Assembly (NCBI GenBank): GCA_964450585.1
Contig: CAYVEH010000001.1
Coordinates: 1 to 50,429 of the forward strand
Reading direction: 5' to 3'
Length of the DNA: 50,429 nt
DNA from: an uncultured Ornithinimicrobium sp.
GTDB lineage: Bacteria > Actinomycetota > Actinomycetes > Actinomycetales > Dermatophilaceae
Shown: positions 18,187-28,112 of the stretch, piece by piece
Numbering within the stretch: the first letter of the stretch is position 1
How the letters are laid out: every line of letters starts with the position of its first letter
Translations under genes and position numbers: made by a program
Notes under the pieces: generated by a model
Seen by the model: the letters and a program-made list of their open reading frames with translations, nothing else
Told to the model about the DNA's origin: nothing
The model's database searches: none

Positions 18187-18541
18187 TCGTGTGCGCGCCC
18201 TGGATCGTCGAGGAGGTGGCTCGGGGCCGCCGACGGCGAACTGCATCCTGGCTCGGCGGCGCGGGTCACCTGGGTGCCAGGCCTGCCGTTGGCAGCCGGT
18301 GGGTCAGCGCTGTGACCTCTACGGATAGGTATGTACTTAGGTTAGGTAATCTTCTGGTCACCTCCCTTGACCCTGTGATCTGAGCGCTCCTAGCGTCCAG
18401 GCAAGCAGCCACTGGTCGGCTCCCGGCGGAGGTCCCTTCGCTGCGACGACCTTGCTTGCGGCCACCGTGCGGATCCTGCGATCCGCTCAGCCGTTGACGC
18501 CGCGGTCCTGCGGCGTCTCTTGCGACCACGGAGGTTCAATC

Positions 18542-21259
18542 GTGCCTGCCCGCTTCACCACCCGAAGATCGCTCCTGGGCGGATTCCTGGCGACCGCCCT
18601 GACCGGAGCAGCGTTACTGGCCCCGCTCGGCCCGCCCGGCCAGAGCGGGGCACGTGCCGGCTCATCAGCAGTGGCCTCGGCGGAGATCGGCCCCGGGGCC
18701 GATGTCCCCACGCCGGAGGAGTACTTCGGTTTCGCCATGGGCACCGAAGGCAAGCTCGCGGCCTATCCCGACGTGCTGGAGTACTTCCAGCTCATCGCGG
18801 ACGCCTCGGACCGGGTCGACTACGAGACCATCGGTGAGACCACGATGGGCAACGAGTACGCCACCGTGCTGATCAGCTCCCCGGAGAACCTCGAGCGGAT
18901 GGACCGCCTGGTGGAGATCAATCAACAGCTCTCCGACCCGCGCAGCACCACCCCGGAGGAGGCCCGCGAGCTGGCCGCTGAAGGCGTGCCGTTCTACCAC
19001 CTGGAGGCCACGGTCCACTCCAGCGAGGTGGGCAACGGTCAGGCGATCAACGACATCGTGCACCGGCTGGCCACCGAGGACTCGGAGTTCACCCAGAACG
19101 TGCTCAACAACTCGGTGATCGTCCTGGTGCCGTCACAGAACCCGGACGGCCAGCACCTGGTCGTGGATCACTTCAATGAGACGGCGGGCACCGACCTGGC
19201 CCGCACCTACCCGGACCTCTACCACAAGTACACCGGGCACGATGACAACCGGGACTGGACCATGTTCACCCAGGTCGAGGCGCGCTACCGACTGGAGCTG
19301 ATCAAGAAGTACCGCCCCGCGATCGTGCACATCATGCACCAGCAGGGCAACAGCGGAGAGCGCATCTTCGTGCCCCCGTACGGTGGCATCAACAACGAGA
19401 ACGTGCCCACCAACATGACGACCGCCGTGAACGCGATCGGCCAGCACGCCGCCCGAGCGATGTCGGCTGCGAGCCAGACGGGCGTGGGGATCGGTGACTA
19501 CCCGATCTTCTGGACCCTGGAGCAGCCGGTCGGGTTCTTCCCGTTCACCGGTAGCGGCGTCTTCCTGACCGAGATCGCCAGTGTCGAGGACTACGCCTAC
19601 CCACAGGTCTCCGAGGACGGCTCGAACCTGGGCCCCCAGGACCCGTTGATGAAACTGCTGGAGCCCTACGACAGCGACGTCTGGACGTTGGCCGACATCG
19701 TGGACTACGCGAGCACCGCCACGTATGCGGGCATGGACTACGTCGCCTCGCACGGCGAGCAGTTGCTCTACGACAACCTGTTCGCGGTCCCGCACGAGTA
19801 CCTCACCGAGGGCGTGCCCTCGGGCACCTATGCCTTCGTGGTCGACGCCGAGCAGCGGGACCCGTATGCCACCTACGAGATGCTGCAGCGGCTGGAGTGG
19901 ACCCAGGTGGAGATCGAGCAGGCCACCTCCGACTTCCGCGCCGGCGGCGAGACCTACGAGGCCGGGTCCTACGTGATCCGCATGCAGCAGCCACGCGGCA
20001 ACTGGGCCCACCAGATCCTCGGGGTGGACGAGTACCCCGAGCTGCGGGACTGCGAGGAGTGTCCGATCCTGTTGCCGTATGCCGAGACCACCACCAGTCT
20101 GCCGCTGCAGCTGGGGGTGGACGTGGCTGAGGTGATGGAGCCCTTCGAGGCCGACCTGGAGCCGGTGGAGTCCGTCCAGTTGCCGGAGGTCCAGATGCCC
20201 GACGCACCGCGCGGTCGGGACGGGGCCTACGTGGTGGAGCCGTACTCCTACGGCACCATCCAGATCGTGACGGCCCTGCAGGACCAGAACATCCGCACCT
20301 ACCGCGCGGCGGAGGAGTTCCGGTCCGGCCGGACGACCTACCCCGCCGGCACCTACATCATCCCGGCGACACCGCAGGCCCGGAATGTGCTGGCCCAGGC
20401 TTCAGCCACGGTCGGGATCCCGGTGGAGGCGGTCAACAAGGCACCGCGCGAGGAAGGTGTCCAGCTCAAGCCCAAGACCCGGGTCGGCCTCTACCGCGGG
20501 GCGAACAATATGCCGGGCGGTTGGGACATGTGGCTGTTCGAGCAGTACGGCGTGAACCACGACATCGTCTCGGCGCAGGACTTCGAGTACGACTCGTTGA
20601 CCGAGCTGTACGACACCATCGTGCTCTCCAGCGGCATCTCCACCGAGGACATCGTGGAGGGCCTGGACCCCGAGGAGTACTCCGAGAAGTACTCCTGGGC
20701 CTACGGCGTGGGTGAGGAGGGTCTGCAGAAGCTGCGGGAGTTCGTCGAGGACGGCGGCACGTTGCTGGCTATCGGGGACTCGGTGCCGACCGCCCAGGCG
20801 CTGCTGGATCTGCCGATCGAGCAGGTCTTGCCTGAGGACCGCGGCGAGTTCCTGGCCGGCGGCAGCCTGCTGAACCAGGAGTTCGATCCCACCCACCCGG
20901 TGGCCTGGGGTATGCCGGAGTCGTGGCCGGTCTGGTTCTACGACACCGGCGCCTATGCGGTGACCGACGAGGACGCGACGACGGTCTCCCACTATCCGCA
21001 GGAGGGTGAGCTGCTGGCCAGCGGCTACCTGAGCGGTGCGGAGCACCTGGCAGGGGCCGCCAATGTGGTCTCCTTCGACGTCGGTGAGGGCACGGTGGTG
21101 ACCTACGGCAGCGAGATCACCTTCCGGACCCTGCCACGGTCCACGTTCAACCTGCTGTTCAATGCGATCTACTACGGCCCCTCGGCCGAGGTGGACAGCG
21201 CGGAACTGTCCAGCATGGAGCAGCAGTTCTCCCCGGACGGGAGCCTGTTGCAGGACTGA
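18542..21259 (+). CDS. Tat-exported M14 zinc carboxypeptidase-family protein
   Basis: GGAGG before GTG 18542; TRRSLL twin-arginine plus hydrophobic stretch; VHSSE, QNPDG, DDNRD, HQQG; C-terminal LREFVEDGGTLLAIG GATase-like domain. Confidence 0.85.
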   Translation: MPARFTTRRSLLGGFLATALTGAALLAPLGPPGQSGARAGSSAVASAEIGPGADVPTPEEYFGFAMGTEGKLAAYPDVLEYFQLIADASDRVDYETIGETTMGNEYATVLISSPENLERMDRLVEINQQLSDPRSTTPEEARELAAEGVPFYHLEATVHSSEVGNGQAINDIVHRLATEDSEFTQNVLNNSVIVLVPSQNPDGQHLVVDHFNETAGTDLARTYPDLYHKYTGHDDNRDWTMFTQVEARYRLELIKKYRPAIVHIMHQQGNSGERIFVPPYGGINNENVPTNMTTAVNAIGQHAARAMSAASQTGVGIGDYPIFWTLEQPVGFFPFTGSGVFLTEIASVEDYAYPQVSEDGSNLGPQDPLMKLLEPYDSDVWTLADIVDYASTATYAGMDYVASHGEQLLYDNLFAVPHEYLTEGVPSGTYAFVVDAEQRDPYATYEMLQRLEWTQVEIEQATSDFRAGGETYEAGSYVIRMQQPRGNWAHQILGVDEYPELRDCEECPILLPYAETTTSLPLQLGVDVAEVMEPFEADLEPVESVQLPEVQMPDAPRGRDGAYVVEPYSYGTIQIVTALQDQNIRTYRAAEEFRSGRTTYPAGTYIIPATPQARNVLAQASATVGIPVEAVNKAPREEGVQLKPKTRVGLYRGANNMPGGWDMWLFEQYGVNHDIVSAQDFEYDSLTELYDTIVLSSGISTEDIVEGLDPEEYSEKYSWAYGVGEEGLQKLREFVEDGGTLLAIGDSVPTAQALLDLPIEQVLPEDRGEFLAGGSLLNQEFDPTHPVAWGMPESWPVWFYDTGAYAVTDEDATTVSHYPQEGELLASGYLSGAEHLAGAANVVSFDVGEGTVVTYGSEITFRTLPRSTFNLLFNAIYYGPSAEVDSAELSSMEQQFSPDGSLLQD

Positions 21260-21270
21260 GGCGCATCACC

Positions 21271-21307
21271 AGGATGGGGCGGCGACCTGCGGTCGCCGCC
21301 CCATCCT
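21271..21307. terminator. Bidirectional hairpin terminator
   Basis: AGGATGGGGCGGCGACC-tgc-GGTCGCCGCCCCATCCT, 17-bp perfect stem between convergent genes. Confidence 0.85.
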
Positions 21308-21364
21308 CGTCTGGTGTGCCGTCCAGCCGTTGGACCGCCCAGCCGTTGGGCTGCCCTGTCGTGG

Positions 21365-22951
21365 TCAGCCGCGCTGCCGGTCCGCGCCGACCAGTTCCTT
21401 CTGCGGCTCCGGGGCAACGACCTCGTCCTCGACGGTGGTCGCCAGGTCGTTCTCCTTGACGAAGAGCAGCACCCCGGCGGCTAGCAGCGCCAGCGGGACC
21501 ATGTAGAGGAAGACCGGGATGAGCGCCTCGTTGTAGGACTGCACGATCACCTCACGCAGTTGGTCCGGCATCGAGTTGACCAGCTCGGGGGTCAGCGACA
21601 CGGCACCGTCGGCCGGGCCCGCCCCGGCGGGGAGCTTCTCGGTCACCAGCTGCACCAGGCGGGTGGTGAACAGGCTGCCGACCACGGCCGTGCCCAGGGT
21701 GGCACCCACCTGCCGGAAGTACTGCGTGGAGGCGGTGGCGGTGCCCACCTCACGCACCGGGAACGAGTTTTGCACGATCAGGGTGAGGATCTGCATACTC
21801 ATCCCCAGGCCGATGCCCATCAGCCCCATGAAGAGGCACGCCAGCCAGATCGGTGAGTCCACCCGCAGCGTCGACAGCAGCCCCAGGGCGATCGCCAGCA
21901 GGATCGACCCGGTGATCGGGAAGACCTTGTACCGCCCGGTGCGGGTGACCTGCTGACCGGAGATCGTCGAGCTGACCAGCATCGAGCCCATCATGGGCAC
22001 CATCAGCAGACCGACGATGGTGGCCGACAGGCCGGTGGTCATCTGCAGGTAGGTCGGGAGATAGCTGATCGCACCGAACATGGCGATCCCCACGCACAGG
22101 CTCGCCACGGTCGTCAGGTTGAAGTTGCGGTCCCGGAACAGGTGCAGCGGGATGATGGGCGCGGCCGCACGCGACTCGACCCAGAGGAAGAGCGCACCGG
22201 CCACCACCGCGGTGACCGCCAGGGTCAGGATGGTCGGCGAGGTCCAGGCATACTCTCCACCACCCCAGGTGCCGACCAGGACCAGCGAGGCCGTGGCGGT
22301 GGCCATCAGCGCCATCCCCAGGTAGTCCATGCGGGGCCGCTCACCCTGGGAGTGCCGGATGGAGGGCAGGAAGAAGATGGTGGCCAGGGCCGCCAGCACG
22401 CCCAGCGGCAGGCTGATCCAGAACACCCACCGCCAGCCGGGGCCCTCGGTGAACCACCCACCCAACAACGGGCCGGCCACCGAGGAGAACGCGAAGACGC
22501 CGCCCATGATGCCCATGTACTTGCCGCGTTCCCGGGCCGGGATGACATCGGCGATCGCCGCCTGGGAGAGGATCATCAGGCCACCACCGCCGACGCCCTG
22601 GATGATGCGGGCGATGATCAGGGCCTGCATGTTGCCGGCCAACGCACCCATCACCGACCCGGTGACGAAGACGGTGATCGCGAACAGCAGCATCGGCTTG
22701 CGGCCGAGCACGTCGCTGACCTTGCCGTAGATCGGCATCATGATCGTCGAGGCCAGGATGAAGCCGGTGATCACCCACAGCATCTGGTCCACGCCGTGCA
22801 GGTCGCCCACGATGGTGGGCAGGGCGGTCGCCAGCACCGTCTGGTTCAGCGAGGCCAGCAGCATGGTCGTCATCAGCCCGGCGAACAGCAGGGCGATGTC
22901 CCGCTTCTCGTGGCCGGGGTGCAGGGCGGGCGGGGTCTGGGTGTCTGTCAT
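21365..22951 (-). CDS. MFS DHA2 (EmrB/QacA-type) efflux transporter
   Basis: ~14 hydrophobic segments; GKVSDVLGRK, RIIQGVGGGG, GPLLGG, WRWVFWI. Confidence 0.92.
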   Translation of the reverse strand: MTDTQTPPALHPGHEKRDIALLFAGLMTTMLLASLNQTVLATALPTIVGDLHGVDQMLWVITGFILASTIMMPIYGKVSDVLGRKPMLLFAITVFVTGSVMGALAGNMQALIIARIIQGVGGGGLMILSQAAIADVIPARERGKYMGIMGGVFAFSSVAGPLLGGWFTEGPGWRWVFWISLPLGVLAALATIFFLPSIRHSQGERPRMDYLGMALMATATASLVLVGTWGGGEYAWTSPTILTLAVTAVVAGALFLWVESRAAAPIIPLHLFRDRNFNLTTVASLCVGIAMFGAISYLPTYLQMTTGLSATIVGLLMVPMMGSMLVSSTISGQQVTRTGRYKVFPITGSILLAIALGLLSTLRVDSPIWLACLFMGLMGIGLGMSMQILTLIVQNSFPVREVGTATASTQYFRQVGATLGTAVVGSLFTTRLVQLVTEKLPAGAGPADGAVSLTPELVNSMPDQLREVIVQSYNEALIPVFLYMVPLALLAAGVLLFVKENDLATTVEDEVVAPEPQKELVGADRQRG

Positions 22952-23547
22952 AGCGAGGAGCGAAGGACCTTTCGGAAGGTGTCGATGCCGTGGTGCAGGG
23001 TCGCCTGGTCGTCGGCGGTCACCGACCCCGGCTGGGACTGGTAGCTGAAACGGATGACGGCCCCGGCCAGCGCGATGAGCGCCCGGGCCGCCTCCGGGGT
23101 GTCGGGCAGGGACTCTGGCTGTTCCTCGATCACCTGCAGCGCCAACCGCTCGGCGTCAGCGATGCGCATCATGAACCGTCTGCGCAACTCGGGGTACTCA
23201 CCGGTCAGGTGCTTGCGCCGGACCGGGTCATCGCCGGGCACCAGGGCGGTGCGGATCACAGCCGCCAACAGCTCGACGGCGCTGCTGAGCAGGTCACTGC
23301 CGACGCGGCCGCGGAAGGCGGCGAGCATCTCCTCGGTCAGTTCCGGGGTGCGCAGCCCGACGACCGCGTCCTCCTTGGTGAGGAAGTAGTTGAAGAAGGT
23401 GCGCTGGGACACACCGGCACGTTCGACGATCTCGTCGACGGTGACGTGGGCCAGACCTCGCTCCAGGACGAGTTCTGCGGCGATCTCGTGGATCGATCGG
23501 AAGGTGTCGGTGCGCTTGCGCTCTCGAAGGGAGCCAGAAGTTTGCAC
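22948..23547 (-). CDS. TetR family regulator
   Basis: LRERKR..VTVDEIVERAGVSQRTFFNYFLTKED; ATGA overlap with MFS. Confidence 0.92.
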   Translation of the reverse strand: MQTSGSLRERKRTDTFRSIHEIAAELVLERGLAHVTVDEIVERAGVSQRTFFNYFLTKEDAVVGLRTPELTEEMLAAFRGRVGSDLLSSAVELLAAVIRTALVPGDDPVRRKHLTGEYPELRRRFMMRIADAERLALQVIEEQPESLPDTPEAARALIALAGAVIRFSYQSQPGSVTADDQATLHHGIDTFRKVLRSSL

Positions 23548-23571
23548 TTCTGCAGTTTATGCAGTTCTGCA
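23543..23571. promoter_or_regulatory. Putative TetR operator pair flanking leaderless -10
   Basis: TGCA-cttc-TGCA (23543-23554) and TGCA-gttc-TGCA (23560-23571) around minus-strand TAAACT. Confidence 0.55.
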
Positions 23572-23661
23572 GAATTCATCAAATCGCGGCGACCGGTCGG
23601 GGGTACCCGGCCGGGCGGGGTCGCTGGCTCCCCGGCATACCGCAGGGCTAGCCTCTCGGCT

Positions 23662-24999
23662 ATGACTACTGACGCCACCGCAGTCCCCGCCCCGCAGGAC
23701 GAGGTCGTTGAGCTCTGCCGGGACCTGATCCGGATCGACACGAGCAACTACGGCGACGGCAGCGGCCCCGGAGAGCGGGAGGCCGCCGAGTACATCATGG
23801 AGAAGCTCACCGAGGTCGGTCTTGACCCGCAACTGACCGAGTCCGACCCGGGCCGGGCCAGCGTCGTGGTGCGCACCCCTGGTCGGGACGCCAGCCGTCC
23901 CGGTCTGGTGTTGCACGGGCACACCGACGTGGTGCCCGCCGCAGCCGAGGACTGGCAGGTGGACCCATTCGCTGCCGAGGAGCGGGACGGGTGCATCTGG
24001 GGCCGCGGTGCGGTGGACATGAAGGACATGGACGCCATGCTGTTGGCGAACCTGCGGCACCTGGCCCGCACCGGGCAGCAGCCGCCGCGGGACATTGTCT
24101 GGGCGTTCTTCGCCGATGAGGAGGCTGGTGGCCTCAAGGGGGCCGGCCATGTGGTCGATCAGCACCCGGAGTGGTTCGAGGGGTGCACCGAGGCCATCTC
24201 CGAGGTCGGAGGCTTCTCGATCACGCTGGACGGCAAGGCCACCGGCGGACCGGAGCGCGCCTACCTGCTGCAGACGGCGGAGAAGGGCATTGCCTGGCTT
24301 CGCCTGCATGCCCACGGACGGGCCGGGCACGGGTCGGTGCCCAACCAGGAGAACGCCCTGGTGCGGCTGGCCGGGGCGATCAACCGGATCAGTGCCCACT
24401 CCTGGCCCCGGACGTACATCGCCTCGGTGCGTGAACTCTTTGACGGCATCGCCAACATCACCGGCATCACCTGGGACGAGGAGGACGCCGAGTCCATCCT
24501 GAGTCGACTGGGTGGAGCCCGCGGGTTCGTCGAGGGGACACTGCGGGACACCTCCAACTTCACCATGCTGGACTCCGGGTACAAGCACAATGTGATCCCG
24601 CAGACTGCGTCGGCTTCGCTGGACTGCCGGTTCCTACCGGGGCACGAGGACCAGCTCATGGACACGATCCGGGAGCTGGCGGGGGAGTTCGTCGAGGTGG
24701 AGATCGTGCACAAGGACGTGGCCCTGGAAGCGTCCTCCAGCGGCGAGCTGGTGGAGTCCATGAAGCGGGCGCTGCTCAAGGAGGACCCGGGCGCACACGT
24801 GCTGCCGTACTGCCTGTCCGGTGGCACCGACAACAAGCACCTGTCCCGCCTGGGCATCGAAGGCTACGGTTTCGCGCCGCTGATGCTGCCGCCCGAGCTG
24901 GACTTCGTCGGCATGTTCCACGGCATCGACGAGCGGGTCCCGGTGGACGCCCTGACCTTCGGGACCCGGGTGCTGCAACGCCTCATCGACGACTGCTGA
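23662..24999 (+). CDS. M20/M25/M40 metallohydrolase
   Basis: HGHTDVVP, GRGAVDMK, ADEEAGG, AGHGS, GGTDNK, HGIDER; -10 TAGCCT 7 nt before ATG. Confidence 0.92.
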   Translation: MTTDATAVPAPQDEVVELCRDLIRIDTSNYGDGSGPGEREAAEYIMEKLTEVGLDPQLTESDPGRASVVVRTPGRDASRPGLVLHGHTDVVPAAAEDWQVDPFAAEERDGCIWGRGAVDMKDMDAMLLANLRHLARTGQQPPRDIVWAFFADEEAGGLKGAGHVVDQHPEWFEGCTEAISEVGGFSITLDGKATGGPERAYLLQTAEKGIAWLRLHAHGRAGHGSVPNQENALVRLAGAINRISAHSWPRTYIASVRELFDGIANITGITWDEEDAESILSRLGGARGFVEGTLRDTSNFTMLDSGYKHNVIPQTASASLDCRFLPGHEDQLMDTIRELAGEFVEVEIVHKDVALEASSSGELVESMKRALLKEDPGAHVLPYCLSGGTDNKHLSRLGIEGYGFAPLMLPPELDFVGMFHGIDERVPVDALTFGTRVLQRLIDDC

Positions 25000-25005
25000 G
25001 CGCGC

Positions 25006-25191
25006 TCAGGCGGTGCGCTGCACCCGGATGATCTTGCGGCGCATGACCGCCTTGCGTACTCCGCCGAGGTACAGGCTGATGCGCCACAACTCCCAGTGCC
25101 CGTACTCGGCGTGGTCGGCCAGGGCCTGTCGGACCTCGGCCCGGGAGTCCTGGCGGCCGAAGGTCACCATCTGGTACTCGTACTCAACCAT
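25006..25191 (-). CDS. DUF5703 family small protein
   Basis: EYEY..LADHAEYGHWEL..GGVRKAVMRRKIIRV; usual neighbour of this M20 gene. Confidence 0.8.
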   Translation of the reverse strand: MVEYEYQMVTFGRQDSRAEVRQALADHAEYGHWELWRISLYLGGVRKAVMRRKIIRVQRTA

Positions 25192-25302
25192 CGGTACTGA
25201 TCCTGCGCAGGGTCGGGCCATAAATCAACACCTGCCGCGGCGCGCCGTGCCGCGCGCCGAATCCGTGAGCGCGCGGACCGGAAATTCGCTACCGTCATGC
25301 TC

Positions 25303-25728
25303 ATGACGTCAGACCCCCGGGCCGCGCTGTCCACCTTCGTCGCTGCGCTCGAGACGCACCTGGAACTCTCCGCGGTGCGCCGCGGCGACAACGACCCTGC
25401 CGTCGTGACGGCCTACAACAAGGTGGCAGACGCGTTCGTCGCCTACGACGATGCCCTGTTGGACGCCTACGGCGAGGTGACCCCGCTGGATGTGTACTCC
25501 GACGAGGAGGACGACATCGATGAGGCTGCCATCCTGGACGACGATGACGACCTGGATGACGACGAGGACTTCGAGGAGGACCTGGACGGGGCGCGCAGCA
25601 GTGGCTACGTGGGCCTGGACGAGGATGACTATGTCGTTGACGACGATGAGAGCGACGACGATGACGACACCGACTCCGATGATGACGATGAGAGCGACGA
25701 CGATGACGCGCACTGGGACAGGGGCTGA
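25303..25728 (+). CDS. Hypothetical protein with Asp/Glu-rich tail
   Basis: DPRAAL..LETHL..YDDALLDAYGEVTP then acidic low-complexity tail; -10 TACCGT 7 nt before ATG. Confidence 0.8.
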   Translation: MTSDPRAALSTFVAALETHLELSAVRRGDNDPAVVTAYNKVADAFVAYDDALLDAYGEVTPLDVYSDEEDDIDEAAILDDDDDLDDDEDFEEDLDGARSSGYVGLDEDDYVVDDDESDDDDDTDSDDDDESDDDDAHWDRG

Positions 25729-25731
25729 CGG

Positions 25732-26781
25732 GTGCAGCTGGGCCTGAGTTGTGGTTGGTGGGGCGTTGGCCAGGATGCGGACCACCTGGCGCTGATCCAG
25801 CGGGCCGAGGAGCTCGGGGTGCACGTCGTCTGGGTGTCCGAGGCCTACGGTGTCGACGCCGTCACCGTGCTGTCCTGGATCGGGGCCTGCACGTCCCGCA
25901 TCCGTCTGGGCGCCGGGGTGTTGCAGATCCCGGGGCGGACCCCGGCGATGACCGCGATGACGGCTGCCGGCCTGCGGTCCCTGTCCGGTGGCCGCTTCGA
26001 CCTGGGGCTGGGCGTCAGCGGGCCGCAGGTCTCTGAGGGCTGGCACGGCGTGCCGTTCGGCAAGCCGCTGGAGCGCACCCGGGAGTATGTCGACATCGTC
26101 CGCCTGGCGCTGGCCCGCCAGAAGGTGGAGTACCACGGGCGGCACTTCGAGCTGCCGCTGCCGGGCGGAGCCGGCAAGGCGCTGCGCAGCTCCGCCGCCC
26201 CCTCTCAGGACCCGGTGCCCATCTACCTGGCGGCGGTCGGCCCCAAGAACCTGGAGCTGGCCGGAGAGATCGCCGACGGGTGGCTCGGCGTCTTCCTGAG
26301 CCCGGAGTTCAGCGGGGAGCAGATCGCCTCGATCCGCCGTGGCCTGGCCCGCTCCGCCGACCCCGACCGACCGTTCACCCTGGATGCCACGGTGCCCCTG
26401 GCGGTGCATGACGACGTCGCGGTGGCGGCCGACGCGGTGCGCGGCTATGCCGCCCTGTACGTGGGCGGGATGGGCTCCCGCACCCAGAACTTCTACAACG
26501 CCCTGGCCGTGCGGATGGGGTATGCCGAGGCAGCCCAGCAGGTGCAGGATCGGTACCTGGCCGGACAGCACCGAGACGCTGCGGCCGCCCTGCCGCAGCA
26601 GTTCATCGACGACACCAGCCTGCTGGGCCCGCGGGACCGGATCGCCGAGCGGCTGACCCGGTACGCCGAGGCCGGTATGACCACGGTCACCGTGGCTCCG
26701 TACGGCAACACGCTGCAGGAGCGGGTTGCTGCCCTGGAGCAGGCGGTGGCTGCCGCTGAGCAGGCCGGTCTCCTCGACTGA
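25732..26781 (+). CDS. LLM class (probably F420-dependent) oxidoreductase
   Basis: WVSEAYG, RTPAMTAMTA, GLGVSGPQVSEGWHG, LAGEIADGW. Confidence 0.88.
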   Translation: MQLGLSCGWWGVGQDADHLALIQRAEELGVHVVWVSEAYGVDAVTVLSWIGACTSRIRLGAGVLQIPGRTPAMTAMTAAGLRSLSGGRFDLGLGVSGPQVSEGWHGVPFGKPLERTREYVDIVRLALARQKVEYHGRHFELPLPGGAGKALRSSAAPSQDPVPIYLAAVGPKNLELAGEIADGWLGVFLSPEFSGEQIASIRRGLARSADPDRPFTLDATVPLAVHDDVAVAADAVRGYAALYVGGMGSRTQNFYNALAVRMGYAEAAQQVQDRYLAGQHRDAAAALPQQFIDDTSLLGPRDRIAERLTRYAEAGMTTVTVAPYGNTLQERVAALEQAVAAAEQAGLLD

Positions 26782-26824
26782 TGACACCGGGCACCGAGGG
26801 ACGACCAGCGAGGGCACCGCGCTG

Positions 26825-27559
26825 ATGGCGATCGTGATTCTGGTCCGCCACGGCCGGACCGCCGCCAACGCCGACGGGATCCTGGCCGGTTGGACCCCCG
26901 GCGTGCATCTGGATGAGACCGGGCAGGGCCAGGCGCAGAAGGTGGCCGACCGGCTACGCCCGACACCGCTGGCTGCCGTGGTGACCAGCCCGTTGGAGCG
27001 CTGCCGCCAGACCGCGCAGGCGATCGTGGCCGGTCAGGACGGACCGGCTCCGCCCCTGCGGATCGATGAGCAGATCGGGGAGTGCCACTACGGCGCCTGG
27101 ACCGGGCGGAAGCTGCGCGAGCTGACCCAGGACGCGTTGTGGCGCGATGTGCAGGAGCGGCCCGGCTCCGTCACCTTCCCGGCGCACGCGGACTTCCGCG
27201 CCGAGTCGCTCCAGGCGATGGTGCGCCGCGCCGTCGAGGCCATCGCGGGGTGGGACGCTCGGATCGAGGAGGAACACGGCCCGGGTGCCGTCTGGGCCGC
27301 GGTGAGCCACGGCGACGTGATCAAGGCCTTGGTCAGCGATGCGGTCGGCGGCTCGCTGGACACCTTCCAGCGGGTCGTGATCGACCCGGCCTCCCTGAGC
27401 ATCGTGCACCACGCGCGCCGGCACCCCTTCGTGCTGCGCGTCAATGACACCAACAGTGACGTGGTCGACCTGAGGGCGCTGTCGCAGCGCCTGACTGAGG
27501 CCGGGCCCGGCGGAGCCGGCGAGGACGCAGCCGTCGGTGGCGGCGCCGGCAGCGATTAG
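26825..27559 (+). CDS. Histidine phosphatase / putative phosphomutase (MSMEG_4193-like)
   Basis: LVRHGRT, SPLERC, ECHYGAWTG, VSHGDVIK. Confidence 0.88.
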   Translation: MAIVILVRHGRTAANADGILAGWTPGVHLDETGQGQAQKVADRLRPTPLAAVVTSPLERCRQTAQAIVAGQDGPAPPLRIDEQIGECHYGAWTGRKLRELTQDALWRDVQERPGSVTFPAHADFRAESLQAMVRRAVEAIAGWDARIEEEHGPGAVWAAVSHGDVIKALVSDAVGGSLDTFQRVVIDPASLSIVHHARRHPFVLRVNDTNSDVVDLRALSQRLTEAGPGGAGEDAAVGGGAGSD

Positions 27560-27569
27560 GGTCACGGGT

Positions 27570-28112
27570 ATGCCTTTGCACGAGTTCGATCCGCCGGAGC
27601 GGTTCATCGCTGCCTCGGTGGGGCCACCTGGCCAACGCACCTTCTTCCTGCAGGTCTCTGGCGGTGGTCGGCGGATGAGCGTCTCCCTGGAGAAGGAACA
27701 GGTCCGGATCCTGGGGGAGCGGTTGGCGGACCTGCTGGACCAGGTGGCCGGCTTCGACGGGGCGCCGGAGGCCGCGGCCGGTCTGGAGGACAACGCGCCG
27801 ATGGACACTCCCATCGAGGACGACTTCCGGGTCCAGAGCCTCAGCCTGGCCTGGGAGCCGGCCCAGCGGCGGGTGGTGATCGAGGCGCACGAGTCGGACC
27901 TGGCGGAGAACGACGAGGGTGAGCCCATCAGCCCTGAGGAGAACGCGCTACTGGGCAGCATCAAGGTGGTGCTCAGCCCAGCGATGGCACGGGCGTTCGC
28001 CCAACGGTGTGCCCTGGCCATCGAGGGCGGCCGGCCCAACTGCCCGTTCTGTGGCCAGCCCCTGGACCCCGAAGGACACATCTGCCCGCGGGCCAACGGC
28101 TTCCGGCGGTGA
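27570..28112 (+). CDS. DUF3090 family protein
   Basis: FDPPERF..VGPPGQRTFFLQ..LEKEQV..GRPNCPFCGQPLDPEGHICPRANG. Confidence 0.88.
   Translation: MPLHEFDPPERFIAASVGPPGQRTFFLQVSGGGRRMSVSLEKEQVRILGERLADLLDQVAGFDGAPEAAAGLEDNAPMDTPIEDDFRVQSLSLAWEPAQRRVVIEAHESDLAENDEGEPISPEENALLGSIKVVLSPAMARAFAQRCALAIEGGRPNCPFCGQPLDPEGHICPRANGFRR

Noticed and set aside
18542-24999. M14 or M20 peptidases as cyanophycin dipeptide hydrolases
   Set aside because: More than 14 kb from cphAB; M14 is exported and M20 is in its usual conserved context; no evidence of a link
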